Shown here: positions 52,344 through 64,000 of the stretch, piece by piece
How positions within the stretch are numbered: the stretch's first letter is position 1
Layout of the letters: every line of letters starts with the position of its first letter
Source of the DNA: Callorhinchus milii
Taxonomy: Eukaryota
Assembly (NCBI RefSeq): GCF_018977255.1
Contig: NW_024704743.1
Span: forward strand, 49,354,001 to 49,418,000
Direction: 5' to 3'
Length of the DNA: 64,000 nt
Translations under genes and position numbers: made by a program
Notes under the pieces: generated by a model
Seen by the model: the letters and a program-made list of their open reading frames with translations, nothing else
What the model was told of the DNA's origin: nothing
Databases searched by the model: none

Positions 52344-55300
52344 ACAGGATATCATATTTACACGGGCAGAATGGCATTATTTCACTACAACTGCAGGCTG
52401 TGGTTTATTTTCAAACAGACAGACACAGAACGGAGGGCACACTGGAACCTGAAGGATCAAAAGCGAGCCAAACCTCAGCTATTCAAGAAATGAACCCGAG
52501 CCAACCCGATGCAGATCACTTTACCTTCGGTGCTCATCTCAAAGTTGATGTTTAACCTTTAAGCGTTTCCTTCACACTTTCCTAATATTTCTCTACTATT
52601 TTTACTAATGGAATACTTCAAAGAAACGTGCAAAGTGCAGAAATTGCTCCATTTGCACACATTGCGCTGATCGGCCAAGCAGCCAGCAGAAGTTATACGT
52701 TTTTGGCAGATACAAGGGAGGAATTGTGACTCTTACTTGGATGCTTGAAATTCCATTGCAGCTTCTAAAGGATTAATCCAGATTTTAAAAAATGGAAGGC
52801 ACCAGCGGCAAGTTTCATTATCGATTACAAACTCACTAATGCTGTGCTGAACAGGTCTTGGTTTTAGTGAATGAACTCTTAAAAACCTAGTTGCTTGCCA
52901 AGCAGGAAGTCAGACATCCATCATGGTTTATTTGCTGTGCAGTTGTAATTATAATAAACAACAACAAACCATCTGCAACACAACCTGGCAGAGAAGCAAG
53001 TTATTGTCTCTCATTACTGGTGTGCAATAGTTTTATAAACAGCGCTGCAGGAAGCCCCCAAGATGTGGGCAATGATTGTATTGTGACGAAACCACCCAGT
53101 TTCTTAGAATGAAGATATTCACCACTACCGGTGTTCTTAGAGTTCAGCTAATGCAGCCTAAACTTTTGACTGATTATAGTAAATTGGGTTCATCCTCACC
53201 TCAGCTTCACTTATTTCCATAATTTGTGTAGGAAAAGTGTAGGAAAGGAAGCAACAGAGAGCCCTTATCTCAGAGGAGCCAGACTGGCTGTCAGATAGCG
53301 CATTATAAGGCCACAATAATACATGAAAGCATATTAGAAAACAAATTTTAAAAATGAACTTCTGTGAAAAGTCCCTGCCTTCTATAAATATTTCTTCCTC
53401 GTCTAACTATTGTTTCAGTTTGAACGTGGGCTAAGATTAGAAAGTATATAGGTTACCAAAAACAGAAACGGTATATTTGTAGCATTACAATCTACACAAG
53501 CTTCATGAAAATAAAACAAAAATAAAAGCTGTATAACAATGCAAGTTAAAAAGCTCAAAGCAATTTTAGAAACTCTCCACATCGTCAATGTATTCCCTGC
53601 AAATAAATGAAGATAAAAATATTGCACAAAAGCATTTGAAAATCTGCACTAATGCAACAGATTCCAGTTTAACTGAATATCAGGAGTAAGTGGATGGGGG
53701 AGGACTAGGATGATTCTGCCCTACTTTTCCCTTCGCTTTAGATTCTTCCTCTGCACAGATGCACCATATGCAACTTCCAAAAATAACAATCGTGCTTTGT
53801 TAACTGGGTCAAAAAAAAATCAGCAGCTCACTGTGTGGACCAGTGACCACTTGTTAAAATGTACATCAGGGGCTCCCCTGACTTTTTAATTGGTAAAGAA
53901 AATGACTAGCACAACTTCACGTCACGAGGATCAGGAGGATTGGTACCTGCACACTTAGTACACCTCAGATGTGGCGGCAGGAATTGAGGAGGGCGGAAAA
54001 AGTACAGGTCTTATAGCATTGTTCCCAATAATTTTGATATGAATCCATATTTAGGAAATCAGATATATAATATAATGCTTAGATTTTTCATATCACACCT
54101 TATGTTGGCACGATGGCTCAAAGCTCTTCACGGGATTGTAGTGTAAAACAGTCAGTACAATCCGACTGTGTAATGACTATGTACTTTGTTGATGAACCCA
54201 GCAGCCAATTTGCACACAACAATATCCCACAAACAGTCATGAAGTGAATGATCAATTCCACCTAGGGGATTGTTGGCCAGGACACTGGGAGAACTCGCTT
54301 CTCTTTTCAAATAGGGAATCTTTAAGGTCCACCAGATGACTGAGTGGGAGAGACAGTTTGGCCTAAATTCAAAATTTAGGTCCCAGAAGTGAAAATGCAG
54401 CACACTGACCCATTGCACCACCAACTGCTCACACTTTTTAATTGTTCTTTACAAAAGCGATGTTCTTTCCTTATAACTTTTGGCAAAAGCAGCTCACATC
54501 ATTGGGGACTTCTTTTTTGCACATTTTGGAAGAGCTCCAGATACATTTAGTAGCTCTGTCTGGCGTGCACAGAATAACCCACATTACACATGTCATCAGC
54601 TTGGCTCAGTTGTTAACACTCTAGCCTCCGGGTCAGAAGGTTGTAGGACTTGAGCTAATCATCCAGGCTGACACCCCCATGCAACACTGGGGCAGGTAGG
54701 CAGGTAGGGGGAAAAGAGAGCAAGGAAAGAGCTAAATTGTCAGAAAGGACATCTTTTGGATGTGAAGTTAAAATCTGTCCAGTTCAGATGGATGCTAAAG
54801 ATCCTGCTACTATTTGAAAAGTGGGATAACACGAATAATAGAGTTGGTCATTTCAAAGGTCTTATCAATGTTTTTGATTAACAAGCCGCCAAATGTGACT
54901 GGAGGAATACGGTCTGACCACCTTCAGCCTCCTACCTTGTTCTCTTGTTCATGCTGCTTGGGTAATTTTAACTCCTATCCACAACCATGGATGGCTGTTT
55001 CAGAAGAAGCACACGTGTGCATTTAGCCAGTATAACAATGCATGCTCTCTAAAGGGTAAACTGTCTCCCCGGAGAGGCAGCCTAATGAAAGATTGTTACC
55101 AGATGTTTAATTTATATAAAATGCCTGTTGTTCTGGGAGTTGAGAAACCTGCTCTGGCAATGAAAGCAGTGTTTCCCAACTCCCCAGAACATTGGAACTG
55201 GAGTAAATTATAAATAAGTAAGGAAGTGGGTCCAACCTTGGCTTGGGAGGAAGAGAGCTCCTGATTGTCAAATCTATTCATTTTCACCAACCGCTGACGA

Positions 55301-56677
55301 TTCATGACGGTTCTGACCAGATCTCTCTCCCTCCCCCCACCCCATCTTTAATGGTGAGGCTTTCCTTACTTTTTAATTGAGCTTCAAAAAGTGATGAGGA
55401 AGAAATGCCTTTTCCCACCCAAACCTAAACCTTCGCAAGTTTTAAACTTCTCCACACATATACTTCCCAATTCTGCAAATCTGGCATTTTCATAGCAAAA
55501 AGTTTCATTTACTAATGTGAAACATTAGTGAGTTTGCATCAAAATTTTCCTTGAAGAGAATTTCAAGAGGAAACTCCTCATTGAACAACCCACCGGAGAC
55601 AGTACTCTGAGCCAATGCAGTTGAATGTTGCCACAACTGCAGGGGGAGAAATGTTTGCGACCCACAGCTGCAGCTGAACAAGGCAAAGGGTCAGAAGGAC
55701 TTGGAGCAGATTGTTGCTGCGCACCCCATTTAGGCCAACCCTCTATTCCGAGACAGTTGACTTAATTCAGCTGCTTTGACTTAGTTACTTAACTACATTA
55801 ACCCTAGCCAAGATTGAAAGTAACTGCAAACACTTCATTAGGATTAAAGGCTGCTGAGTATTCATATTATGCACAATGAATCATAAGGAAACTAATAGTG
55901 AAAGAGGGTAACAGTTTGACTCCGTAGGTAGCACTCTCACGTCTGGGTAAGAAAGTTGTCATTTCAGTTGTCCAGGTAGACACGACAGAGCAGTGCTATC
56001 CTTCAGATTAGATTTTAATCCCAAATTATGCCTATTTCAAGCAAATTTTAAAGATCTCCTGCCATTGTTTTACAAAAATGTGTCCCAAGGTGCTATTCAT
56101 CCAGTTTCCTGGCCAATGATCCTCCAGATTAATTGACATTTACTATATAGCTGTTTGTAGGACCTTGCTGGCTCAAATGGGTACATGCTCTTACAGAAAC
56201 ACACCGGAATTTGAGACGCTGTGGCACTATAAAATGGCAATTTAATAATAACATAATAATCCCTGCATTTCTTAGAACACGTATAATATCTATGCCTCAA
56301 AGGACTCCACAGTCTTAAGTGCAGAGCATTTTGGAAGCAAAACTCACAAGCAAGGTCCCACAAACATGAAGTGAATTACCAATTTATCTTGGAATCTTTA
56401 ACACCCACTTGAACAATAAAATGTGACCTCAGTTTCATGTTTCATTTAAAGGATGACACCTCCAACAACATAGCACTCCCCCGTTATTGCACTGAAGTGT
56501 CAGCCTCTACTGTGTTCTTAAAAGTCCAATATTGGTCTTTTGAACCCAAAACCTTTTGAACAATAGGAAAACGTACTGCCAACTGAGCCAAGCTAACACA
56601 CTGCTTTGCACTTGATATAGTGCCTTACATCAAAAGGTTTCAAAGAGTTTAATAGCAATAGAAAAAAAGCTGGTGCA

Positions 56678-57098
56678 ACACCAACAACAAGATTACATTT
56701 GTATAGCGCCTTTCACTTCGGGAGGACGTCCCAAGGCACTGGACAGTGTACAGCATTTCAGACCCGAGCTGGGGTTGTGGGGGGAGGGGAGGGGAAAGGG
56801 AGTGGCCAATGGCATAGTCGAAGAGGAGGGTCTTGAGGCGGAACTTGAAGGAGGCTAAGGAGGGGGCGAGGTGGAGTGACTGGGGGATGGAATTCCAGAG
56901 GTTGGGGGCAGAGTGGCTGAAGGCTCTCCCACCAATGGTAGGGCGGGTGGGTCGGGGGATGTGGAGCAGGCCAGAGCGGCTGAGCGGAGGGAATGGGTGG
57001 GTTGGTAAAGGGTTAGGAGGTCCCAGAGGTAGGTGGGGCGAGGCCATGGAGGGCTTTGTATGTGAGGACCAGGATCTTGAATTGGATCCTCTGAAGGA
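56678..57098 (-). mobile_element. LINE2 3' fragment
   Basis: GRAFSHSAPNLWNSIPQ...FKFRLKTLLF plus L2 tail. Confidence 0.9.
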
Positions 57099-60000
57099 TA
57101 GTGTCTTGAAGGAAGGGCTTTTATATAGCATTTTGGAATGGGGGGGAGGGGGGATCACAGGACACCTAGTCGTATTGATGGAATATAAAGTCTTAAAAGA
57201 ACAATATTATTTCCTTCAATTGGATGGCTGGCAAGCCATTCTTCTGCATAGTGATTGTGCATGAATGAATGAGGAAGAATGAGCAGTTTTACATAACACT
57301 GTATATCAGGTGATTTTCCTAGTTATTGTAAATAAACTGGATTGTAATTGTAGAATACTCCTTGTGGCTTAATTTATAAAATGTCAATGAAGACTGAATT
57401 TCAGCTTCCGCTTTCACTCAACCACTCTGAGTGGAACGGTTGAACCAGACTACGCATAAATCAGGATGGCCTTACTGGAACATGCCAGAATAAAAAACTA
57501 GTGAACAGACAACTTAGACACAAGCCAAAACATCTGAAGTAGTGAATTGATACACTGATACAGTAGTGATATGACCACCAGCTTTAGATACTTGGAAATG
57601 TGTATTCGTAGAAAAAACACATACGTTTCTGAGCAAATTCCTGATAAAAACCAACATAAAACCACAAGCCACCACTGCACCCAATAGATAGACATTTTAA
57701 AAGAAGCAGCATAATATAAGGTGGCCTACATAGAGATTCCATTTTTAAAACTAAAAATCTTTTTTAAACAATACTTTCTGTACAATTGTAACTTACCTCA
57801 TGCAAATTTCTATGTTTTCTGTTCAGTGCAATCTATCAGAAATACATAACTGAATGGTTTCACAAAGCTCATGGCTGTCTGTGTCAGGACTGTATTTACA
57901 GTACTGGAAATTAATGCTCAGTTCTCATGGAACAGAATTCCATGAGAATTCCCGTGCACACAATGTAATGATTAACATTCAAGCTCTTCATTTCAAAACT
58001 ATGTGACTGCACTGTTTTGCAACCACCAACTCGATTATCAACTGCAGTTTACACTCAGAATCTTATGAGGAACCTTAAAACAGGTAAGAAAGGGCTTTGT
58101 AGGGGTGGTGGGGGGCATGGAAGAAGGCAGGTCTAACTCTTTACAAGAAAGCAATTGAGTGTAATCAGAAGACACAAATGTGTGCGCCCACATACACACT
58201 TTTGAGCTATGAGACATAAAGAGGCCATGGGAGGTGTGGGGGAAAGGAGAGTGAGTGAAAAAGAGCAGGAGAGCACAAAGATTGTGGGGTTGGCCCCATG
58301 TACGATGAGGGAAAAACAGAGTGAGGGGTAACAACATGTAATGAGTGAGTGTAACAGGAGCATAGCCAAAGGAAGTGCAAGCATGACTGGGAGAAGAAAG
58401 CAGCAGCATCTTAAGGGAGACAACTTTGCCCCTATTACTCACTTTGTCCACAGTAAAGCTAAAGTAAAATATACAGTCAATCCATTTTACAGTAAATTCT
58501 GTTAAGTGCTTTGAGACTTCTCAATGAGGTGATAAGGCGCTATTTCAAATGTAAGGATTATTATAATAATTATTGTAATCACTTAGGGAAACTAGCAACC
58601 CTAGTCACTACCAACTGGCCAATAACTTTACACTCTGTTGTCCATTCTAGAGTTCATTCAGATTAATTTACTTAAATTGTGTGGTTATCCCTCTTCTTGG
58701 ATCAAACAAGTGTTCGTGATGGGGAAAAAAGTAAAAGGGAGCACAGCCAGCACTTCCCAGACAGAACCTTCAGTCACATGGCCCGACTGAGACCACAGGC
58801 TGATGTCACACAATGTGGTTGTGCCCACGTGGGTGAATGACAGCTTCGAAAAGTAAACACAATTTTTTTTATTACAGCAGTGATATTTTTTTTTGGGGGG
58901 GAAAAAAGGGAAACCGAAGGAGAAACATTCTTCGGATATTTTCAAATCATAAACACAACGACCGGGTCACACAGCTTTAATAGAAGCGATTACAAAGACA
59001 GTTTCTGTTGCGCCCAATTTGTTTAAACTTCACAGCCGCAATTCAAAGTCAGAACAAAGAAAGGTTCACAAGCTGCTTGGAGTTCATTAGAGGTTATGCA
59101 ATGGTTCTCAGCCAATTGGAACACTGCTTCATACCAAACTGTACATCACAGTCTTTCAAGCTCACCCCCCCCTCGATAAATCATATCTATGATCTATCGC
59201 ACTACTCTAAATAACATCGTTTTCTTTGATTTTGTACATCTTTACATCAATAGACGGTGGTACAAAATTGTCAGACACAATTGACAGGCAAAAAAACTAC
59301 TTGAAAAACTTGAAGTGGAGTTGAGATACAAAAACACTCCTTTGGCAAAGGCTGAGCTCCCTGGCTGTGTGGGTGGTTTGACATTCTGTGAGGCCCAGAG
59401 AAAGGAACTTCATTCTCCCAATGGAGATTTCCACGATTAATTCATGAGCAAACAGAGGACTCACAAATTCTCCCCCCACCCCTCCACACACACATTAAGA
59501 CATAGCTGCGGTTTCCTCACACCTTGCGAAAACTGAAATCCTAATTAATATATCCCTACTGCTGCTACGCTACACAAAAAGAAAAGAATTCGTCTGACCA
59601 CAAGTTTTGCTATTAGCCTGCTGAAGCCTGCAAACCATGTCAGGAATGCGGTGAAGTGTGCAGAGTGTGTTTGGAGTTCAAGCCACAAAGCAATTTGAAG
59701 AGGCTCAATCAAAACACAAGAAAAAAAGTGAACAAATCCATGGACCATACTGCATGTAAGGAGCTCATCTTTAGCTGCAATTTTATAGATAACCCCCAAA
59801 TAAGGCATTTACTGCACATGAATGATTAAAAATAATGTATGCACCTTTGGGCTTTGATGTAGAATCAGCTTTGATTTGGTTTGTTCAAAGTGACTGCACT
59901 GTGCAGCTAAACCTATGTAATGTTAGTCCTGTTTCTGCCCCTTTTCCTCCCCGTTTTTCCCAATCACATCATTACTCTATTATTATTATTATTATTATTA

Positions 60001-60459
60001 CTCTGCAGCACGAGTGGATGATTTTCTCCCAGATCTCACTGCAATCACTTATCCTGAGGTGCAGAGGAACAACCCACTTTGATGCCCTCTGATTCTGCCT
60101 GGTGATTAGGAATCTCTCTTCTACTCAGTGACTTCCCTCACATAGTTCAGCCAAGTTTAAGACCTCAAGACAAGTGTTCCTCTGCTCTACGGCTCAATAC
60201 ATCAGTGCTCTTCAAAGCAGTATGCCATCGAGCCAGCTTCTGAATTGGACCTTCGGCAGACGACAGTTGTGTGTGCAGATGCAGTCTTCACTACCAACTA
60301 GTCCCACTCCCCCGCTCTTACCCCATAGCCCTGCACATTCTTCCTTTCTAATTACCTATCTAATTCCCTTTTGAAAGCTATTATCAATTCTGCTACCACC
60401 ACCCTGTCAGGCAGTGCATTCCAGACCGTAACAATATATATTATATAATATATATACTA

Positions 60460-60883
60460 TATATGTAGCGCCTTATTACGTCTTCGAGACATCTCAAAGC
60501 GCTTTACAGAAAATACTGTAAAGTGAATTGACTGTATATTTTGTGGGCGAAACGCAGCAGCCAATAGCACACAGCAATGTCCCACAAACGGTCGTGGATT
60601 GAGTGACCAAATTATCATTTTTTTTAAAAAGGGATTATTACCCCTGGAAAAGGGAGCCGCTAATCGACTAACAACCGGCTTCCTACTTACTGCTACGTAA
60701 ACAGAGGCGTGTGAAGTAAGGAAACTTGCCTAACGTTTCGCCCTGCCCAGGAATCAAACCCAGGTGCTCTTGCTCGCGAGGCGAGTGCTCTAACCACTAA
60801 ACTTTCAGGGCTTTGGGACATCCTCCCGACGTGAAAGGCGCTCTATAAATGTCATTTTGTTGTTGTTTTAAGCTACAGGACTC
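60460..60883 (-). mobile_element. SINE, long variant, head interrupted by a short L2 tail (60801-60868)
   Basis: taaccactaa|insert|taagctacaggactc. Confidence 0.88.
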
Positions 60884-61237
60884 TAGAGAGTTAAAGCACT
60901 CTGGTTAGAGCACTTCCCTCGCAAGTGGGAGAGAGTGTGCATTCCATTCCAACAATCTATCTCTGCAATTTTCATATGTAGTTGGGATACATGGGATTCT
61001 GAGTTTGGTTTGGATACTGTTAAGCATGGTGATGAATTTCCACATATACCAGTCACCCGGCTGACCAAGAAAAAATTACCACTGATCAAGATGCCAAAAA
61101 GAACCAAAAGCATATCCCGTTCTAATCTATTGCTCACAAACTTTCCTGCACCATTCAGGCTTTAACTGGAATATTGCATTCCATTTGGGCATCCAATCTT
61201 AGCCATAGAGGGTGTCCACAATGATTCACTAGATTAG

Positions 61238-62054
61238 AATAACAAGATTACATTTGTATAGCGCCTTTCACGTCGGGAGGATGTCCCAAGGCGCTGGACA
61301 GAGTACAGCATTTCAGACCTGAGCTAGAGTCGGGGGGAGAAGGGAGGGGAAGGGAAGGAGGGTGACCAATGGCGTGGTCGAAGAGGAGGGTTTTGAGGTG
61401 GGACTTGAGGCGGAGTGATTGGAGGATGGAATTCCAGAGGTTGAGGGCAGAGTGGCTGAAGGCTCTCCCTCCAACGGTGGGGAGGGTGGGTCAGGGGACG
61501 TGGAGCAGGCCAGAGCCGGCTGAGCGGACGGAGTGGGCGGGTTGGTAGGGGGTTAGGAGGTCGCAGAGATAGGGTGGGGCGAGACCATTGAGGGCTTTGT
61601 ATGTGAGGACCAGGATCTTGAACTGGATCCTCTGAAGGATAGGGAGCCAATGGAGTTGACGAGAATGGGGGAGATGGGGTCACAGAGTTCGGTGTGGGAG
61701 AGGACATGGGCTGCAGAGTTCTGGATTATCTGCAGCCTGTGGAGGGAGGCCGACAAGCAGGGCATTTGCATAGTGGAGCCTGGAGGTGATGAAGGCATAA
61801 ACAAGAGTTTCAGTGGCCTGAGGGGTGAGGTAGTGGCGTAGTCGGGCAAAGTTACGGAGGTGAGGGAAGGCAGAGCGGGTCATGGCTTAGATGTGGGGAA
61901 AGACAGTTGAGGGTTGAACAAGACACCCTGGTTCCTGACTGGCTTGGTGAGTTGAAGTGAACAACCATGGAGGTTGATGCTGCCAGAGCCTGAGGTGCTG
62001 AAGCGCTGGCGCGAGGCAATCAGGAGGGCCTCACTCTTGTTCACATTCAACTGT
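61238..62054 (-). mobile_element. LINE2 3' portion
   Basis: HLRNFARLRHYLT...SRLHYANALL motifs plus L2 tail; close relative of 56678-57098. Confidence 0.9.
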
Positions 62055-62439
62055 AGGAAGATTAATAGATTAATAGCTAAAATGAAGGTGGTTCATTATG
62101 ATGAGAAACTGAATAAACTTGGGTTATATTCCTTAGAGCTTAGGAGGTTAGGGGAATTGACAAGTTAGATCATAGATGGCAACAACAATGACAACAACAC
62201 AGCAGGTTGCATTTATATAACACCTTCACGTGGTGGACAATTATTCTTTTATATAAAAAAACCAAAGAGGTGCTGCAATTTTTGGTGCAGTTTATAAAAA
62301 TGAATGCTGGCCTACCAGGGAAAAACAAAGAGTTTCTCTTAATATCAGGATTCGATCCCTGATCAGCTACTAGAGCCACGAGGTGATCAAACACTAGAGC
62401 CAAGGTGCCAAACCAAATACTGGGTTTCAAACAAAACAT

Positions 62440-62835
62440 TCTTTAAGAAAAAAATGAACTGGAGACTTTAACTGGAAAAGCTTAACCTACAAAAACTAAA
62501 AATGAAAAATCTAAATAGATCTCTATAAAGGTCCCCTCTGAGATATCTCCTTTGCAGTCAGATAATCCCCAGTTGATCTAGTTGTTCCTCTTAGCTCATC
62601 TCTCCAACAAGGTGGATAAGCTTTGTTGCTCATCTATTCCGTCTGTAGTCACAGCAACCAGAACAGTACTCAGTGCTTTAGGTGCAGCCTGACCAAAGCA
62701 CTGTACAACTTGACCTTCAAATAGCCGAAGAAGCTCGGCATATAGCACTTTACCTATGAGTTGGAACAACTCAGTTTGTGGCATACAATAACCCTTAATT
62801 TGCATTATGCTGAAATGATTTGCATTTTTTAACTT
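62440..62835 (-). mobile_element. Degraded CR1 fragment
   Basis: Minus strand gtacagtgctttggtcaggctgcacct...gtactgttctgg is a decayed LYxALVRPHLEYCxQFW region. Confidence 0.6.
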
Positions 62836-64000
62836 CTGCCAAGTGTAGTGACCATTGGCAGCTGCGCTTTCAGCCACTAACCCCGAAACTCTGGAACACT
62901 GTTCATCTATTCCTCCGCCTTGCGCTTTCCATCCCCATTTTCAAGTCGCACCTGAAGACCTTCCTATTCAACCGTTCCTACGGTCACCTCCCCCTCCCCT
63001 TGGCTCGGAGTCATGCTGTCACTGTCGAGCACTCTGGGTCGCTATATGAATGCAAGTTGTTGTTAACTATATTTGTAGTTAAACATGGCAGCCAATTTAT
63101 GACTGTAAGGTGCCACAGACGGCCATGATCAATTCAGAAAGAGATTATTTAAACAGTATCATTGGATCTTCAATGTTCACCTGACGATAGGTAAACAGGA
63201 CCCCAGTTGAATGCCTCTTCTGAAGGGCAGCACTTTAACAACATAGGTTTCTCCCCCTACTATCACCAAATAAGTCTCAGAAGAATCTCTGAAAAACCAC
63301 GCAAGTAAAAGAAACAGGTCAGAAATAAACAGGACAAGGGGACACTCCGGCTACATACACAAGCTATATATACACATAGAGTAATGTTAAAACTAACAAA
63401 CCATTTAGTATTTATTTTTACATCATAAACCAAACAGCCACACATTAGTTTGCAGTGTAACAAAGAGTGAAGTATCCTTCCCAAAGCATGATAACTGCTA
63501 ATGCAAACCAGAGCTCATGTTTTTAATCTCAGGAAGAGGAAAAGCATTTCTTTCTGTCTGGCAAATCGACACAGCGTCACAAACTACAGCGCTGTAGTAG
63601 ATTATTGCTCCCTTTGTGGTGAAACAATGAACAGTTTACACTCCAACTTTTGCCCACAAAACATGGACAATTCACTTTTCAGTATATTCTGTGAAGTGCA
63701 TTGAGATGTGTCGAAGATGTGATAAGGCCCTATATCAAATGCCAGGATTATTATTATTTGAAGCACTTCTAATAATTTTACTTTAAATGGATAATGAAAG
63801 AAAATATCAGGATGAAGGTGTGTGGTTTACAAGTTATAAGTTTCAAACTCAAGCTGTTAATATTCCACAGTTCAGACCAGGGGGCAGCCAAGCAGAAACC
63901 AATCAGAATGGTCCACAATATTTACATATAAATCCTGTAGATTTATAGATCATAAAAACCTACATGAAAGGGCAGCTTTTAGCTTTTATACTAGTGTGAA

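Larger units (their letters stand above)
24852..64000 (-). other. Large last intron of the BCL2-like gene (>39 kb, runs off the window)
   Basis: No minus-strand exon encoding BH1 (NWGR) or ending in GGW was found by eye. BCL2 and BCL2L1 are known to have a very large intron at this position. Confidence 0.65.

Noticed and set aside
57922..57948. 11-bp perfect hairpin (and the 12-bp palindrome gtgagtactcac at 35021-35032)
   Set aside because: Too short and isolated to distinguish from chance without other evidence.
62596..62877. 93-aa minus-strand ORF as the missing BCL2 upstream exon
   Set aside because: No BH motifs; the nucleotide sequence is an off-frame CR1 remnant.
24852..64000. Strand bias of young SINEs within the intron
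   Set aside because: Too few copies for a meaningful inference.
1..64000. Prokaryotic systems (CRISPR arrays, operons, defence islands)
   Set aside because: The sequence is clearly eukaryotic, with spliceosomal introns and LINE/SINE repeats; no regularly spaced repeat-spacer array was seen.

Overview
Vertebrate nuclear DNA, most likely a cartilaginous fish (inferred from the repeat complement: tRNA-headed Deu-domain SINEs with LINE2 tails, L2 and CR1 LINEs, and an HE1/MER6-type hairpin). Two cell-death genes converge tail-to-tail. (1) + strand, 1146-8912: seven coding exons, equivalent to exons 4-10, of a gasdermin-E (GSDME/DFNA5)-like gene. It has a caspase-3-type DCVD|A linker site and an apparent 1-nt frameshift with premature TAA in exon 5, which is either an assembly error or recent pseudogenisation. 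(2) - strand, 24851-24717: the terminal coding exon (end of BH2 plus membrane anchor) of a diverged BCL2-like gene. Its ~2.4 kb 3'UTR carries miR-15/16 and miR-181 8mer sites between alternative poly(A) signals. No upstream BCL2 coding exon was found, so 24852-64000 appears to be one large intron. That intron is dense in retroelements and also holds a 1.48 kb element with 72-bp terminal inverted repeats enclosing a 73-bp near-perfect hairpin, and a candidate ZNF143/NRF1 promoter with possible antisense exons. Repeat boundaries are approximate. Human protein and exon-size comparisons are from memory, not a database search.
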